NCBI RefSeq assembly: GCF_964204645.1 | Contig: NC_134035.1 | Span: forward strand, 6,593,001 to 6,657,000 | DNA length: 64,000 nucleotides | Origin: Tubulanus polymorphus | Lineage: Eukaryota; Animalia; Nemertea | Direction: 5' to 3' | Part shown: one piece after another, positions 47,701 to 62,700 of the stretch | Layout of the letters: each line of letters begins with the position of its first letter | Numbering within the stretch: the first letter of the stretch is position 1 | Notes under the pieces: model-generated | What the model was told of the DNA's origin: nothing | The model's database searches: none | Seen by the model: the letters and a program-made list of their open reading frames with translations, nothing else | Program-made: the position numbers and the translations under genes

Positions 47701-50700
47701 GTAAAAGCGCTCGAATCGTCAGGAAAAGCACTTTTCGACCCGAAAACGTCGTTCAGCGCGAGAAAAGACGTTTTCGTATCAAATATTCCCCCTATCGGAA
47801 AAACGACAATGTCGATGCGTAAAAGCGCTCGAATCGTCAGGAAAAGCACTTTTCGACCCGAAAACGTCGTTCAGCGCGAGAAAAGACGTATTCGTATCAA
47901 ATATTCCCCCTATCGGAAAAACGACAATGTCGATGCGTAAAAGCGCTCGAATCGTCAGGAAAAGCACTTTTCGACCCGAAAACGTCGTTCAGCGCGAGAA
48001 AAGACGTTTTCGTATCAAATATTCCCCCTATCGGAAAAACGACAATGTCGATGCGTAAAAGCGCTCGAATCGTCAGGAAAAGCACTTTTCGACCCGAAAA
48101 CGTCGTTCAGCGCGAGAAAAGACGTTTTCGTATCAAATATTCCCCCTATCGGAAAAACGACAATGTCGATGCGTAAAAGCGCTCGAATCGTCAGGAAAAG
48201 CACTTTTCGACCCGAAAACGTCGTTCAGCGCGAGAAAAGACGTTTTCGTATCAAATATTCCCCCTATCGGAAAAACGACAATGTCGATGCGTAAAAGCGC
48301 TCGAATCGTCAGGAAAAGCACTTTTCGACCCGAAAACGTCGTTCAGCGCGAGAAAAGACGTTTTCGTATCAAAAATTCCCCCTATCGGAAAAACGACAAT
48401 GTCGATGCGTATAAGCGCTCGAATCGTCAGGAAAAGAACTTTTCGACCCGAAAACGTCGTTCAGCGCGAGAAAAGACGTTTTCGTATCAAATATTCCCCC
48501 TATCGGAAAAACGACAATGTCTATGCGTAAAAGCGCTCGAATCGTCAGGAGAAGCACTTTTCGACCCGAAAACGTCGTTCAGCGCGAGAAAAGACGTTTT
48601 CGTATCAAATATTCCCCCTATCGGAAACACGACAATGTCGATGCGTAAAAGCGCTCGAATCGTCAGGAAAAGCACATTTCGACCCGAAAACGTCGTTCAG
48701 CGCGAGAAAAGACGTTTTCGTATCAAATATTCCCCCTATCGGAAAAACAACAATGTCGATGCGTAAAAGCGCTCGAATCGTCAGGAAAAGCACTTTTCGA
48801 CCCGAAAACGTCGTTCAGCGCGAGAAAAGACGTTTTCGTATCAAATATTCCCCCTATCGGAAAAACGACAATGTCGATGCGTAAAAGCGCTCGAATCGTC
48901 AGGAAAAGCACTTTTCGACCCGAAAACGTCGTTCAGCGCGAGAAAAGACGATTTCGTATCAAATATTCCCCCTATCGGAAACACGACAATGTCGATGCGT
49001 AAAAGCGCTCGAATCGTCAGGAAAAGCACATTTCGACCCGAAAACGTCGTTCAGCGCGAGAAAAGACGTTTTCGTATCAAATATTCCCCCTATCGGAAAA
49101 ACGACAATGTCGATGCGTAAAAGCGCTCGAATCGTCAGGAAAAGCACTTTTCGACCCGAAAACGTCGTTCAGCGCGAGAAAAGACGTTTTCGTATCAAAA
49201 ATTCCCCCTATCGGAAAAACGACAATGTCGATGCGTATAAGCGCTCGAATCGTCAGGAAAAGAACTTTTCGACCCGAAAACGTCGTTCAGCGCGAGAAAA
49301 GACGTTTTCGTATCAAATATTCCCCCTATCGGAAAAACGACAATGTCGATGCGTAAAAGCGCTCGAATCGTCAGGAAAAGCACTTTTCGACCCGAAAACG
49401 TCGTTCAGCGCGAGAAAAGACGTTTTCGTATCAAATATTCCCCCTATCGGAAAAACAACAATGTCGATGCGTAAAAGCGCTCGAATCGTCAGGAAAAGCA
49501 CTTTTCGACCCGAAAACGTCGTTCAGCGCGAGAAAAGACGTTTTCGTATCAAATGTTCCCCCTATCGGAAAAACGACAATGTCGATGCGTAAAAGCGCTC
49601 GAATCGTCAGGAAAAGCACTTTTCGACCCGAAAACGTCGTTCAGCGCGAGAAAAGACGTTTTCGTATCAAATATTCCCCCTATCGGAAACACGACAATGT
49701 CGATGCGTAAAAGCGCTCGAATCGTCAGGAAAAGCACATTTCGACCCGAAAACGTCGTTCAGCGCGAGAAAAGACGTTTTCGTATCAAATATTCCCCCTA
49801 TCGGAAAAACGACAATGTCGATGCGTAAAAGCGCTCGAATCGTCAGGAAAAGCACTTTTCGACCCGAAAACGTCGTTCAGCGCGAGAAAAGACGTTTTCG
49901 TATCAAAAATTCCCCCTAGCGGAAAAACGACAATGTCGATGCGTATAAGCGCTCGAATCGTCAGGAAAAGAACTTTTCGACCCGAAAACGTCGTTCAGCG
50001 CGAGAAAAGACGTTTTCGTATCAAATATTCCCCCTATCGGAAAAACGACAATGTCTATGCGTAAAAGCGCTCGAATCGTCAGGAGAAGCACTTTTCGACC
50101 CGAAAACGTCGTTCAGCGCGAGAAAAGACGTTTTCGTATCAAATATTCCCCCTATCGGAAACACGACAATGTCGATGCGTAAAAGCGCTCGAATCGTCAG
50201 GAAAAGCACATTTCGACCCGAAAACGTCGTTCAGCGCGAGAAAAGACGTTTTCGTATCAAATATTCCCCCTATCGGAAAAACAACAATGTCGATGCGTAA
50301 AAGCGCTCGAATCGTCAGGAAAAGCACTTTTGGACCGAAAACGTCGTTCAGCGCGAGAAAAGACGTTTTCGTATCAAATATTCCCCCTATCGGAAAAACG
50401 ACAATGTCGATGCGTAAAAGCGCTCGAATCGTCAGGAAAAGCACTTTTCGACCCGAAAACGTCGTTCAGCGCGAGAAAAGACGTTTTCGTATCAAATATT
50501 CCCCCTATCGGAAACACGACAATGTCGATGCGTAAAAGCGCTCGAATCGTCAGGAAAAGCACATTTCGACCCGAAAACGTCGTTCAGCGCGAGAAAAGAC
50601 GTTTTCGTATCAAATATTCCCCCTATCGGAAAAACGACAATGTCGATGCGTAAAAGCGCTCGAATCGTCAGGAAAAGCACTTTTCGACCCGAAAACGTCG

Positions 50701-53700
50701 TTCAGCGCGAGAAAAGACGTTTTCGTATCAAAAATTCCCCCTATCGGAAAAACGACAATGTCGATGCGTATAAGCGCTCGAATCGTCAGGAAAAGAACTT
50801 TTCGACCCGAAAACGTCGTTCAGCGCGAGAAAAGACGTTTTCGTATCAAATATTCCCCCTATCGGAAAAACGACAATGTCGATGCGTAAAAGCGCTCGAA
50901 TCGTCAGGAAAAGCACTTTTCGACCCGAAAACGTCGTTCAGCGCGAGAAAAGACGTTTTCGTATCAAATATTCCCCCTATCGGAAAAACGACAATGTCGA
51001 TGCGTAAAAGCGCTCGAATCGTCAGGAAAAGCACTTTTCGACCCGAAAACGTCGTTCAGCGCGAGAAAAGACGTTTTCGTATCAAATATTCCCCCTATCG
51101 GAAAAACGACAATGTCGATGCGTAAAAGCGCTCGAATCGTCAGGAAAAGCACTTTTCGACCCGAAAACGTCGTTCAGCGCGAGAAAAGACGTTTTCGTAT
51201 CAAATATTCCCCCTATCGGAAAAACGACAATGTCGATGCGTAAAAGCGCTCGAATCGTCAGGAAAAGCACTTTTCGACCCGAAAACGTCGTTCAGCGCGA
51301 GAAAAGACGTTTTCGTATCAAATATTCCCTCTATCGGAAAAACGACAATGTCCATGCGTGAAAGCGCTCGAATCGTCAGGAAAAGCACTTTTCGACCCGA
51401 AAACGTCGTTCAGCGCGAGAAAAGACGTTTTCGTATCAAAAATTCCCCCTATCGGAAAAACGACAATGTCGATGCGTATAAGCGCTCGAATCGTCAGGAA
51501 AAGAACTTTTCGACCCGAAAACGTCGTTCAGCGCGAGAAAAGACGTTTTCGTATCAAATATTCCCCCTATCGGAAAAACGACAATGTCGATGCGTAAAAG
51601 CGCTCGAATCGTCAGGAAAAGCACTTTTCGACCCGAAAACGTCGTTCAGCGCGAGAAAAGACGTTTTCGTATCAAATATTCCCCCTATCGGAAAAACGAC
51701 AATGTCGATGCGTAAAAGCGCTCGAATCGTCAGGAAAAGCACTTATCGACCCGAAAACGTCGTTCAGCGCGAGAAAAGACGTTTTCGTATCAAAAATTCC
51801 CCCTATTGGAAAAACGACAATGTCGATACGTATAAGCGCTCGAAGCGTCAGGAAAAGAACTTTTCGACCCGAAAACGTCGTTCAGCGCGAGAAAAGACGT
51901 TTTCGTATCAAATATTCCCCCTATCGGAAAAACGACAATGTCGATGCGTAAAAGCGCTCGAATCGTCAGGAAAAGCACTTTTCGACCCGAAAACGTCGTT
52001 CAGCGCGAGAAAAGACGTATTCGTATCAAATATTCCCCCTATCGGAAAAACGACAATGTCGATGCGTAAAAGCGCTCGAATCGTCAGGAAAAGCACTTTT
52101 CGACCCGAAAACGTCGTTCAGCGCGAGAAAAGACGTTTTCGTATCAAATATTCCCCCTATCGGAAAAACGACAATGTCGATGCGTAAAAGCGCTCGAATC
52201 GTCAGGAAAAGCACTTTTCGACCCGAAAACGTCGTTCAGCGCGAGAAAAGACGTTTTCGTATCAAATATTCCCCCTATCGGAAAAACGACAATGTCGATG
52301 CGTAAAAGCGCTCGAATCGTCAGGAAAAGCACTTTTCGACCCGAAAACGTCGTTCAGCGCGAGAAAAGACGTTTTCGTATCAAATATTCCCCCTATCGGA
52401 AAAACGACAATGTCGATGCGTAAAAGCGCTCGAATCGTCAGGAAAAGCACTTTTCGACCCGAAAACGTCGTTCAGCGCGAGAAAAGACGTTTTCGTATCA
52501 AATATTCCCCCTATCGGAAAAACGACAATGTCGATGCGTAAAAGCGCTCGAATCGTCAGGAAAAGCACTTTTCGACCCGAAAACGTCGTTCAGCGCGAGA
52601 AAAGACGTTTTCGTATCAAAAATTCCCCCTATCGGAAAAACGACAATGTCTATGCGTAAAAGCGCTCGAATCGTCAGGAGAAGCACTTTTCGACCCGAAA
52701 ACGTCGTTCAGCGCGAGAAAAGACGTTTTCGTATCAAATATTCCCCCTATCGGAAACACGACAATGTCGATGCGTAAAAGCGCTCGAATCGTCAGGAAAA
52801 GCACATTTCGACCCGAAAACGTCGTTCAGCGCGAGAAAAGACGTTTTCGTATCAAATATTCCCCCTATCGGAAAAACAACAATGTCGATGCGTAAAAGCG
52901 CTCGAATCGTCAGGAAAAGCACTTTTCGACCCGAAAACGTCGTTCAGCGCGAGAAAAGACGTTTTCGTATCAAATATTCCCCCCTATCGGAAAAACGACA
53001 ATGTCGATGCGTAAAAGCGCTCGAATCGTCAGGAAAAGCACTTTTCGACCCGAAAACGTCGTTCAGCGCGAGAAAAGACGTTTTCGTATCAAATATTCCC
53101 CCTATCGGAAACACGACAATGTCGATGCGTAAAAGCGCTCGAATCGTCAGGAAAAGCACATTTCGACCCGAAAACGTCGTTCAGCGCGAGAAAAGACGTT
53201 TTCGTATCAAATATTCCCCCTATCGGAAAAACGACAATGTCGATGCGTAAAAGCGCTCGAATCGTCAGGAAAAGCACTTTTCGACCCGAAAACGTCGTTC
53301 AGCGCGAGAAAAGACGTTTTCGTATCAAAAATTCCCCCTATCGGAAAAACGACAATGTCGATGCGTATAAGCGCTCGAATCGTCAGGAAAAGAACTTTTC
53401 GACCCGAAAACGTCGCTCAGCGCGAGCAAAGACGTTTTCGTATCAAATATTCCCCCTATCGGAAAAACGACAATGTCGATGCGTAAAAGCGCTCGAATCG
53501 TCAGGAAAAGCACTTTTCGACCCGAAAACGTCGTTCAGCGCGAGAAAGACGTTTTCGTATCAAATATTCCCCCTATCGGAAAAACGACAATGTCGATGCG
53601 TAAAAGCGCTCGAATCGTCAGGGAAAAGCACTTTCGACCCGAAAACGTCGTTCAGCGCGAGAAAAGACGTTTTCGTATCAAATATTCCCCCTATCGGAAA

Positions 53701-56700
53701 AACGACAATGTCGATGCGTAAAAGCGCTCGAATCGTCAGGAAAAGCACTTTTCGACCCGAAAACGTCGTTCAGCGCGAGAAAAGACGTTTTCGTATCAAA
53801 TATTCCCTCTATCGGAAAAACGACAATGTCCATGCGTGAAAGCGCTCGAATCGTCAGGAAAAGCACTTTTCGACCCGAAAACGTCGTTCAGCGCGAGAAA
53901 AGACGTTTTCGTATCAAAAATTCCCCCTATCGGAAAAACGACAATGTCGATGCGTATAAGCGCTCGAATCGTCAGGAAAAGAACTTTTCGACCCGAAAAC
54001 GTCGTTCAGCGCGAGAAAAGACGTTTTCGTTTCAAATATTCCCCCTATCGGAAAAACGACAATGTCGATGCGTAAAAGCGCTCGAATCGTCAGGAAAAGC
54101 ACTTTTCGACCCGAAAACGTCGTTCAGCGCGAGAAAAGACGTTTTCGTATCAAATATTCCCCCTATCGGAAAAACGACAATGTCGATGCGTAAAAGCGCT
54201 CGAATCGTCAGGAAAAGCACTTTTCGACCCGAAAACGTCGTTCAGCGCGAGAAAAGACGTTTTCGTATCAAAAATTCCCCCTATTGGAAAAACGACAATG
54301 TCGATACGTATAAGCTTTCGAATCGTCAGGAAAAGAACTTTTCGACCCGAAAACGTCGTTCAGCGCGAGAAAAGACGTTTTCGTATCAAATATTCCCCCT
54401 ATCGGAAAAACGACAATGTCGATGCGTAAAAGTGCTCGAATCGTCAGGAAAAGCACTTTTCGACCCGAAAACGTCGTTCAGCGCGAGAAAAGACGTTTTC
54501 GTATCAAATATTCCCCCTATCGGAAAAACGACAACGTCGATGCGTAAAAGGGCCCGAATCGTCAGGAAAAGCACTTTTCGACCCGAAAACGTCGTTCAGC
54601 GCGAGCAAAGACGTTTTCGTATCAAATAATCCCCCTATCGGAAAAACGACAACGTCGATGCGTAAAAGCGCCCGAATCGTCAGGAAAAGCACTTTTCGAC
54701 CCGAAAACGTCGTTCAGCGCGAGCAAAGACGTTTTCGTATCAAATATTCCCCCTATCGGAAAAACGACAATGTCGATGCGTAAAAGCGCTCGAATCGTCA
54801 GGAATAAGCACTTTTCGACCCGAAAACGTCGTTCAGCGCTAGAAAAGACGTTTTCGTATCAAATATTCCCCCTATCGGAAAAACGACAATGTCGATGCGT
54901 AAAAGCGCTCGAATCGTCAGGAAAAGCACTTTTCGACCCGAAAACGTCGTTCAGCGCGAGAAAAGACGTTTTCGTATCAAATATTCCCCCTATCGGAAAA
55001 CGACAATGTCGATGCGTAAAAGCGCCCGAATCGTCAGGAAAAGCACTTTTCGACCCGAAAACGTCGTTCAGCGCGAGAAAAGACGTTTTCGTATCAAATA
55101 TTCCCCCTTTCGGAAAAACGACAATGTCGATGCGTAAAAGCGCCCGAATCGTCAGGAAAAGCACTTTTCGACCCGAAAACGTCGTTCAGCGCGAGAAAAG
55201 ACGTTTTCGTATCAAATATTCCCCCTATCGGAAAAACGACAATGTCGATGCTTAAAAGCGCCCGAATCGTCAGGAAAAGCACTTTTCGACCCGAAAACGT
55301 CGTTCAGCGCGAGAAAAGACGTTTTCGTATCAAATATTCCCCCTATCGGAAAAACGACAATGTCGATGCGTAAAAGCGCTCGAATCGTCAGGAAAGCACT
55401 TTTCGACCCGAAAACGTCGTTCAGCGCGAGAAAAGACGTTTTCGTATCAAATATTCCCCCTATCGGAAAAACGACAATGTCGATGCGTAAAAGCGCTCAA
55501 ATCGTCAGGAAAAGCACTTTTCGACCCGAAAACGTCGTTCAGCGCGAGAAAAGACGTTTTCGTATCAAATATTCCCCCTATCGGAAACACGACAATGTCG
55601 ATGCGTAAAAGCGCTCGAATCGTCAGGAAAAGCACATTTCGACCCGAAAACGTCGTTCAGCGCGAGAAAAGACGTTTTCGTATCAAATATTCCCCCTATC
55701 GGAAAAACGACAATGTCGATGCGTAAAAGCGCTCGAATCGTCAGGAAAAGCACTTTTCGACCCGAAAACGTCGTTCAGCGCGAGAAAAGACGTTTTCGTA
55801 TCAAAAATTCCCCCTATCGGAAAAACGACAATGTCGATGCGTATAAGCGCTCGAATCGTCAGGAAAAGAACTTTTCGACCCGAAAACGTCGTTCAGCGCG
55901 AGAAAAGACGTTTTCGTATCAAATATTCCCCCTATCGGAAAAACGACAATGTCGATGCGTAAAAAGCGCTCGAATCGTCAGGAAAAGCACTTTTCGACCC
56001 GAAAACGTCGTTCAGCGCGAGAAAAGACGTTTTCGTATCAAATATTCCCCCTATCGGAAAAACGACAATGTCGATGGCGTAAAGCGCTCGAATCGTCAGG
56101 AAAAGCACTTTTCGACCCGAAAACGTCGTTCAGCGCGAGAAAAGACGTTTCGTATCAAATATTCCCCCTATCGGAAAAACGACAATGTCGATGCGTAAAA
56201 GCGCTCGAATCGTCAGGAAAAGCACTTTTCGACCCGAAAACGTCGTTCAGCGCGAGAAAAGACGTTTTTCGTATCAAATATTCCCCCTATCGGAAAAACG
56301 ACAATGTCGATGCGTAAAAGCGCTCGAATCGTCAGGAAAAGCACTTTTCGACCCGAAAACGTCGTTCAGCGCGAGAAAAGACGTTTTCGTATCAAATATT
56401 CCCCCTATCGGAAAAACGACAATGTCGATGCGTAAAAGCGCTCGAATCGTCAGGAAAAGCACTTTTCGACCCGAAAACGTCGTTCAGCGCGAGAAAAGAC
56501 GTTTTCGTATCAAATATTCCCCCTATCGGAAAAACGACAATGTCGATGCGTAAAAGCGCTCGAATCGTCAGGAAAAGCACTTTTCGACCCGAAAACGTCG
56601 TTCAGCGCGAGAAAAGACGTTTTCGTATCAAATATTCCCCTATCGGAAAAACGACAATGTCGATGCGTAAAAGCGCTCGAATCGTCAGGAAAGCACTTTT

Positions 56701-59700
56701 CGACCCGAAAACGTCGTTCAGCGCGAGAAAAGACGTTTTCGTATCAAATATTCCCCTATCGGAAAAACGACAACGTCGATGCGTAAAAGCGCTCGAATCG
56801 TCAGGAAAAGCACTTTTCGACCCGAAAACGTCGTTCAGCGCGAGAAAAGACGTTTTCGTATCAAATATTCCCCTATCGGAAAAACGACAAATGTCGATGC
56901 GTAAAAGCGCTCGAATCGTCAGGAAAAGCACTTTTCGACCCGAAAACGTCGTTCAGCGCGAGAAAAGACGTTTTCGTATCAAATATTCCCCCTATCGGAA
57001 ACACGACAATGTCGATGCGTAAAAGCGCACGAATCGTCAGGAAAAGCACTTTCGACCCGAAAACGTCGTTCAGCGCGAGAAAAAGACGATTTCGTATCAA
57101 ATATTCCCCCTATCGGAAAAACGACAATGTCGATGCGTAAAAGCGCTCGAATCGTCAGGAAAAGCACATTTCGACCCGAAAACGTCGTTCAGCGCGAGAA
57201 AAGACGATTTCGTATCAATATTCCCCCTATCGGAAAAACGACAATGTCGATGCGTAAAAGCGCTCGAATCGTCAGGAAAAGCACATTTCGACCCGAAAAC
57301 GTCGTTCAGCGCGAGAAAAGACGTTTTCGTATCAATATTCCCCCTATCGGAAAAACGACAATGTCGATGCGTAAAAGCGCTCGAATCGTCAGGAAAAGCA
57401 CTTTTCGACCCGAAAACGTCGTTCAGCGCGAGGAAAAGACGTTTTCGTATCAAAATAGTCCCCCTATCGGAAAAACGACAATGTCGATGCGTAAAAGCGC
57501 TCGAATCGTCAGGAAAAGAACTTTTCGACCCCGAAAACGTCGTTCAGCGCGAGAAAAGATGTTTTCTCATCACATTTCCCCCGTATCGGAAAAACGACAA
57601 TGTCGATGCGTAAAAGCGCTCAAATCGTCAGGAAAAGCACATTTCGACCCGAAAACGTCGTTCAGCGCGAGAAAAGACGTTTTCTCATCACATTCTCTCC
57701 GTATCGGAAAAACGACAAAGTCGATCCGTAAAAAGCGCTCAAATCGTCAGGAAAAGCACGTTTCGACCCGAAAACGTCGTTCATCGCGAGAAAGACGTTT
57801 TCGTATCAAATATTCCCCCTATCGGAAAAACGACAATGTCGATGCGTAAAAGCGCTCAAATCGTCAGGAAAAGCACTTTTCGTCGCGAAAACGTCGTTCA
57901 GCGCGAGAAAAGACGTTTTCTCATCACATTCTCCCCGTATCGGAAAAAACGACAATGTCGATGCGTAAAAGCGCTCAAATCGTCAGGAAAAGCACTTTTC
58001 GACCCGAAAACGTCGTTCAGCGCGAGAAAGACGTTTTCGTATCAAATATTCCCCTATCGGAAAAACGACAATGTCGATGCGTAAAAGCGCTCAAATCGTC
58101 AGGAAAAGCACTTTTCGCTCCGAAAACGTCGTTCAGCGCGAGAAAAGACGTTTTCGTATCAAATATTCCCCCTATCGGAAAAACGACAATGTCGATGCGT
58201 ATAAGCGCTCGAATTCGTCAGGAAAAGAACTTTTCGACCCGAAAACGTCGTTCAGCGCGAGAAAAGACGTTTTCGTATCAAATATTCCCCCTATCGGAAA
58301 AACGACAATGTCGATGCGTAAAAGCGCTCGAATCGTCAGGAAAAGCACTTTTCGACCCGAAAACGTCGTTCAGCGCGAGAAAAGACGTTTTCGTATCAAA
58401 TATTCCCCCTATCGGAAAAACGACAATGTCGATGCGTAAAAGCGCTCGAATCGTCAGGAAAAGCACTTTTCGACCCGAAAACGTCGTTCAGCGCGAGAAA
58501 AGACGTTTTCGTATCAAAAATTCCCCCTATCGGAAAAACGACAATGTCGATACGTATAAGCGCTCGAATCGTCAGGAAAAGAACTTTTCGACCCGAAAAC
58601 GTCGTTCAGCGCGAGAAAAGACGTTTTCGTATCAAATATTCCCCCTATCGGAAAAACGACAATGTCGATGCGTAAAAGCGCTCGAATCGTCAGGAAAAGC
58701 ACTTTTCGACCCGAAAACGTCGTTCAGCGCGAGAAAAGACGTTTTCGTATCAAATATTCCCCCTATCGGAAAAACGACAACGTCGATGCGTAAAAGCGCT
58801 CGAATCGTCAGGAAAAGCACTTTTCGACCCGAAAACGTCGTTCAGCGCGAGAAAAGACGTTTTCGTATCAAATATTCCCCCTATCGGAAAAACGACAATG
58901 TCGATGCGTAAAAGCGCTCGAATCGTCAGGAAAAGCACTTTTCGACCCGAAAACGTCGTTCAGCGCGAGAAAAGACGTTTTCGTATCAAATATTCCCCCT
59001 ATCGGAAAAACGACAATGTCGATGCGTAAAAGCGCACGAATCGTCAGGAAAAGCACTTTTCGACCCGAAAACGTCGTTCAGCGCGAGAAAAGACGTTTTC
59101 GTATCAAATATTCCCCCTATCGGAAACACGACAATGTCGATGCGTAAAAGCGCTCGAATCGTCAGGAAAAGCACATTTCGACCCGAAAACGTCGTTCAGC
59201 GCGAGAAAAGACGATTTCGTATCAAATATTCCCCCTATCGGAAAAACGACAATGTCGATGCGTAAAAGCGCTCGAATCGTCAGGAAAAGCACATTTCGAC
59301 CCGAAAACGTCGTTCAGCGCGAGAAAAGACGTTTTCGTATCAAATATTCCCCCTATCGGAAAAACGACAATGTCGATGCGTAAAAGCGCTCGAATCGTCA
59401 GGAAAAGCACTTTTCGACCCGAAAACGTCGTTCAGCGCGAGAAAAGACGTTTTCGTATCAAATAGTCCCCCTATCGGAAAAACGACAATGTCGATGCGTA
59501 AAAGCGCTCGAATCGTCAGGAAAAGCACTTTTCGACCCGAAAACGTCGTTCAGCGCGAGAAAAGATGTTTTCTCATCACATTTCCCCCGTATCGGAAAAA
59601 CGACAATGTCGATGCGTAAAAGCGCTCAAATCGTCAGGAAAAGCACATTTCGACCCGAAAACGTCGTTCAGCGCGAGAAAAGACGTTTTCTCATCACATT

Positions 59701-62700
59701 CTCTCCGTATCGGAAAAACGACAAAGTCGATCCGTAAAAGCGCTCAAATCGTCAGGAAAAGCACGTTTCGACCCGAAAACGTCGTTCATCGCGAGAAAAG
59801 ACGTTTTCGTATCAAATATTCCCCCTATCGGAAAAACGACAATGTCGATGCGTAAAAGCGCTCAAATCGTCAGGAAAAGCACTTTTCGTCGCGAAAACGT
59901 CGTTCAGCGCGAGAAAAGACGTTTTCTCATCACATTCTCCCCCTATCGGAAAAACGACAATGTCGATGCGTAAAAGCGCTCGAATCGTCAGGAAAAGCAC
60001 TTTTCGACCCGAAAACGTCGTTCAGCGCGAGAAAAGACGTTTTCGTATCAAATATTCCCCCTATCGGAAAAACGACAATGTCGATGCGTAAAAGCGCTCG
60101 AATCGTCAGGAAAAGCACTTTTCGACCCGAAAACGTCGTTCAGCGCGAGAAAAGACGTTTTCGTATCAAATATTCCCCCTATCGGAAAAACGACAATGTC
60201 GATGCGTAAAAGCGCTCGAATCGTCAGGAAAAGCACTTTTCGACCCGAAAACGTCGTTCAGCGCGAGAAAAGACGTTTTCGTATCAAATATTCCCCCTAT
60301 CGGAAAAACGACAATGTCGATGCGTAAAAGCGCTCGAATCGTCAGGAAAAGCACTTTTCGACCCGAAAACGTCGTTCAGCGCGAGAAAAGACGTTTTCGT
60401 ATCAAATATTCCCCCTATCGGAAAAACGACAATGTCGATGCGTAAAAGCGCTCGAATCGTCAGGAAAAGCACTTTTCGACCCGAAAACGTCGTTCAGCGC
60501 GAGAAAAGACGTTTTCGTATCAAATATTCCCTCTATCGGAAAAACGACAATGTCCATGCGTGAAAGCGCTCGAATCGTCAGGAAAAGCACTTTTCGACCG
60601 GAAAACGTCGTTCAGCGCGAGAAAAGACGTTTTCGTATCAAAAATTCCCCCTATCGGAAAAACGACAATGTCGATGCGTATAAGCGCTCGAATCGTCAGG
60701 AAAAGAACTTTTCGACCCGAAAACGTCGTTCAGCGCGAGAAAAGACGTTTTCGTATCAAATATTCCCCCTATCGGAAAAACGACAATGTCGATGCGTAAA
60801 AGCGCTCGAATCGTCAGGAAAAGCACTTTTCGACCCGAAAACGTCGTTCAGCGCGAGAAAAGACGTTTTCGTATCAAATATTCCCCCTATCGGAAAAACG
60901 ACAATGTCGATGCGTAAAAGCGCTCGAATCGTCAGGAAAAGCACTTTTCGACCCGAAAACGTCGTTCAGCGCGAGAAAAGACGTTTTCGTATCAAAAATT
61001 CCCCCTATCGGAAAAACGACAATGTCGATACGTATAAGCGCTCGAATCGTCAGGAAAAGAACTTTTCGACCCGAAAACGTCGTTCAGCGCGAGAAAAGAC
61101 GTTTTCGTATCAAATATTCCCCCTATCGGAAAAACGACAATGTCGATGCGTAAAAGCGCTCGAATCGTCAGGAAAAGCACTTTTCGACCCGAAAACGTCG
61201 TTCAGCGCGAGAAAAGACGTTTTCGTATCAAATATTCCCCCTATCGGAAAAACGACAACGTCGATGCGTAAAAGCGCTCGAATCGTCAGGAAAAGCACTT
61301 TTCGACCCGAAAACGTCGTTCAGCGCGAGAAAAGACGTTTTCGTATCAAATATTCCCCCTATCGGAAAAACGACAATGTCGATGCGTAAAAGCGCTCGAA
61401 TCGTCAGGAAAAGCACTTTTCGACCCGAAAACGTCGTTCAGCGCGAGAAAAGACGTTTTCGTATCAAATATTCCCCCTATCGGAAAAACGACAATGTCGA
61501 TGCGTAAAAGCGCACGAATCGTCAGGAAAAGCACTTTTCGACCCGAAAACGTCGTTCAGCGCGAGAAAAGACGTTTTCGTATCAAATATTCCCCCTATCG
61601 GAAAGACGACAATGTCGATGCGTAAAAGCGCTCGAATCGTCAGGAAAAGCACATTTCGACCCGAAAACGTCGTTCAGCGCGAGAAAAGACGATTTCGTAT
61701 CAAATATTCCCCCTATCGGAAAAACGACAATGTCGATGCGTAAAAGCGCTCGAATCGTCAGGAAAAGCACATTTCGACCCGAAAACGTCGTTCAGCGCGA
61801 GAAAAGACGTTTTCGTATCAAATATTCCCCCTATCGGAAAAACGACAATGTCGATGCGTAAAAGCGCTCGAATCGTCAGGAAAAGCACTTTTCGACCCGA
61901 AAACGTCGTTCAGCGCGAGAAAAGACGTTTTCGTATCAAATAGTCCCCCTATCGGAAAAACGACAATGTCGATGCGTAAAAGCGCTCGAATCGTCAGGAA
62001 AAGCACTTTTCGACCCGAAAACGTCGTTCAGCGCGAGAAAAGATGTTTTCTCATCACATTTCCCCCGTATCGGAAAAACGACAATGTCGATGCGTAAAAG
62101 CGCTCAAATCGTCAGGAAAAGCACATTTCGACCCGAAAACGTCGTTCAGCGCGAGAAAAGACGTTTTCTCATCACATTCTCTCCGTATCGGAAAAACGAC
62201 AAAGTCGATCCGTAAAAGCGCTCAAATCGTCAGGAAAAGCACGTTTCGACCCGAAAACGTCGTTCATCGCGAGAAAAGACGTTTTCGTATCAAATATTCC
62301 CCCTATCGGAAAAACGACAATGTCGATGCGTAAAAGCGCTCAAATCGTCAGGAAAAGCACTTTTCGTCGCGAAAACGTCGTTCAGCGCGAGAAAAGACGT
62401 TTTCTCATCACATTCTCCCCGTATCGGAAAAACGACAATGTCGATGCGTAAAAGCACTCAAATCGTCAGGAAAAGCACTTTTCGACCCGAAAACGTCGTT
62501 CAGCGCGAGAAAAGACGTTTTCGTATCAAATATTCCCCCTATCGGAAAAACGACAATGTCGATGCGTAAAAGCGCTCAAATCGTCAGGAAAAGCACTTTT
62601 CGCTCCGAAAACGTCGTTCAGCGCGAGAAAAGACGTTTTCGTATCAAATATTCCCCCTATCGGAAAAACGACAATGTCGATGCGTATAAGCGCTCGAATC

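Noticed and set aside
52900-58220. Cluster of single-base indels in satellite monomers
   Set aside because: Nearly all lie in homopolymer runs within one stretch; more likely long-read consensus error than biology, needs read check
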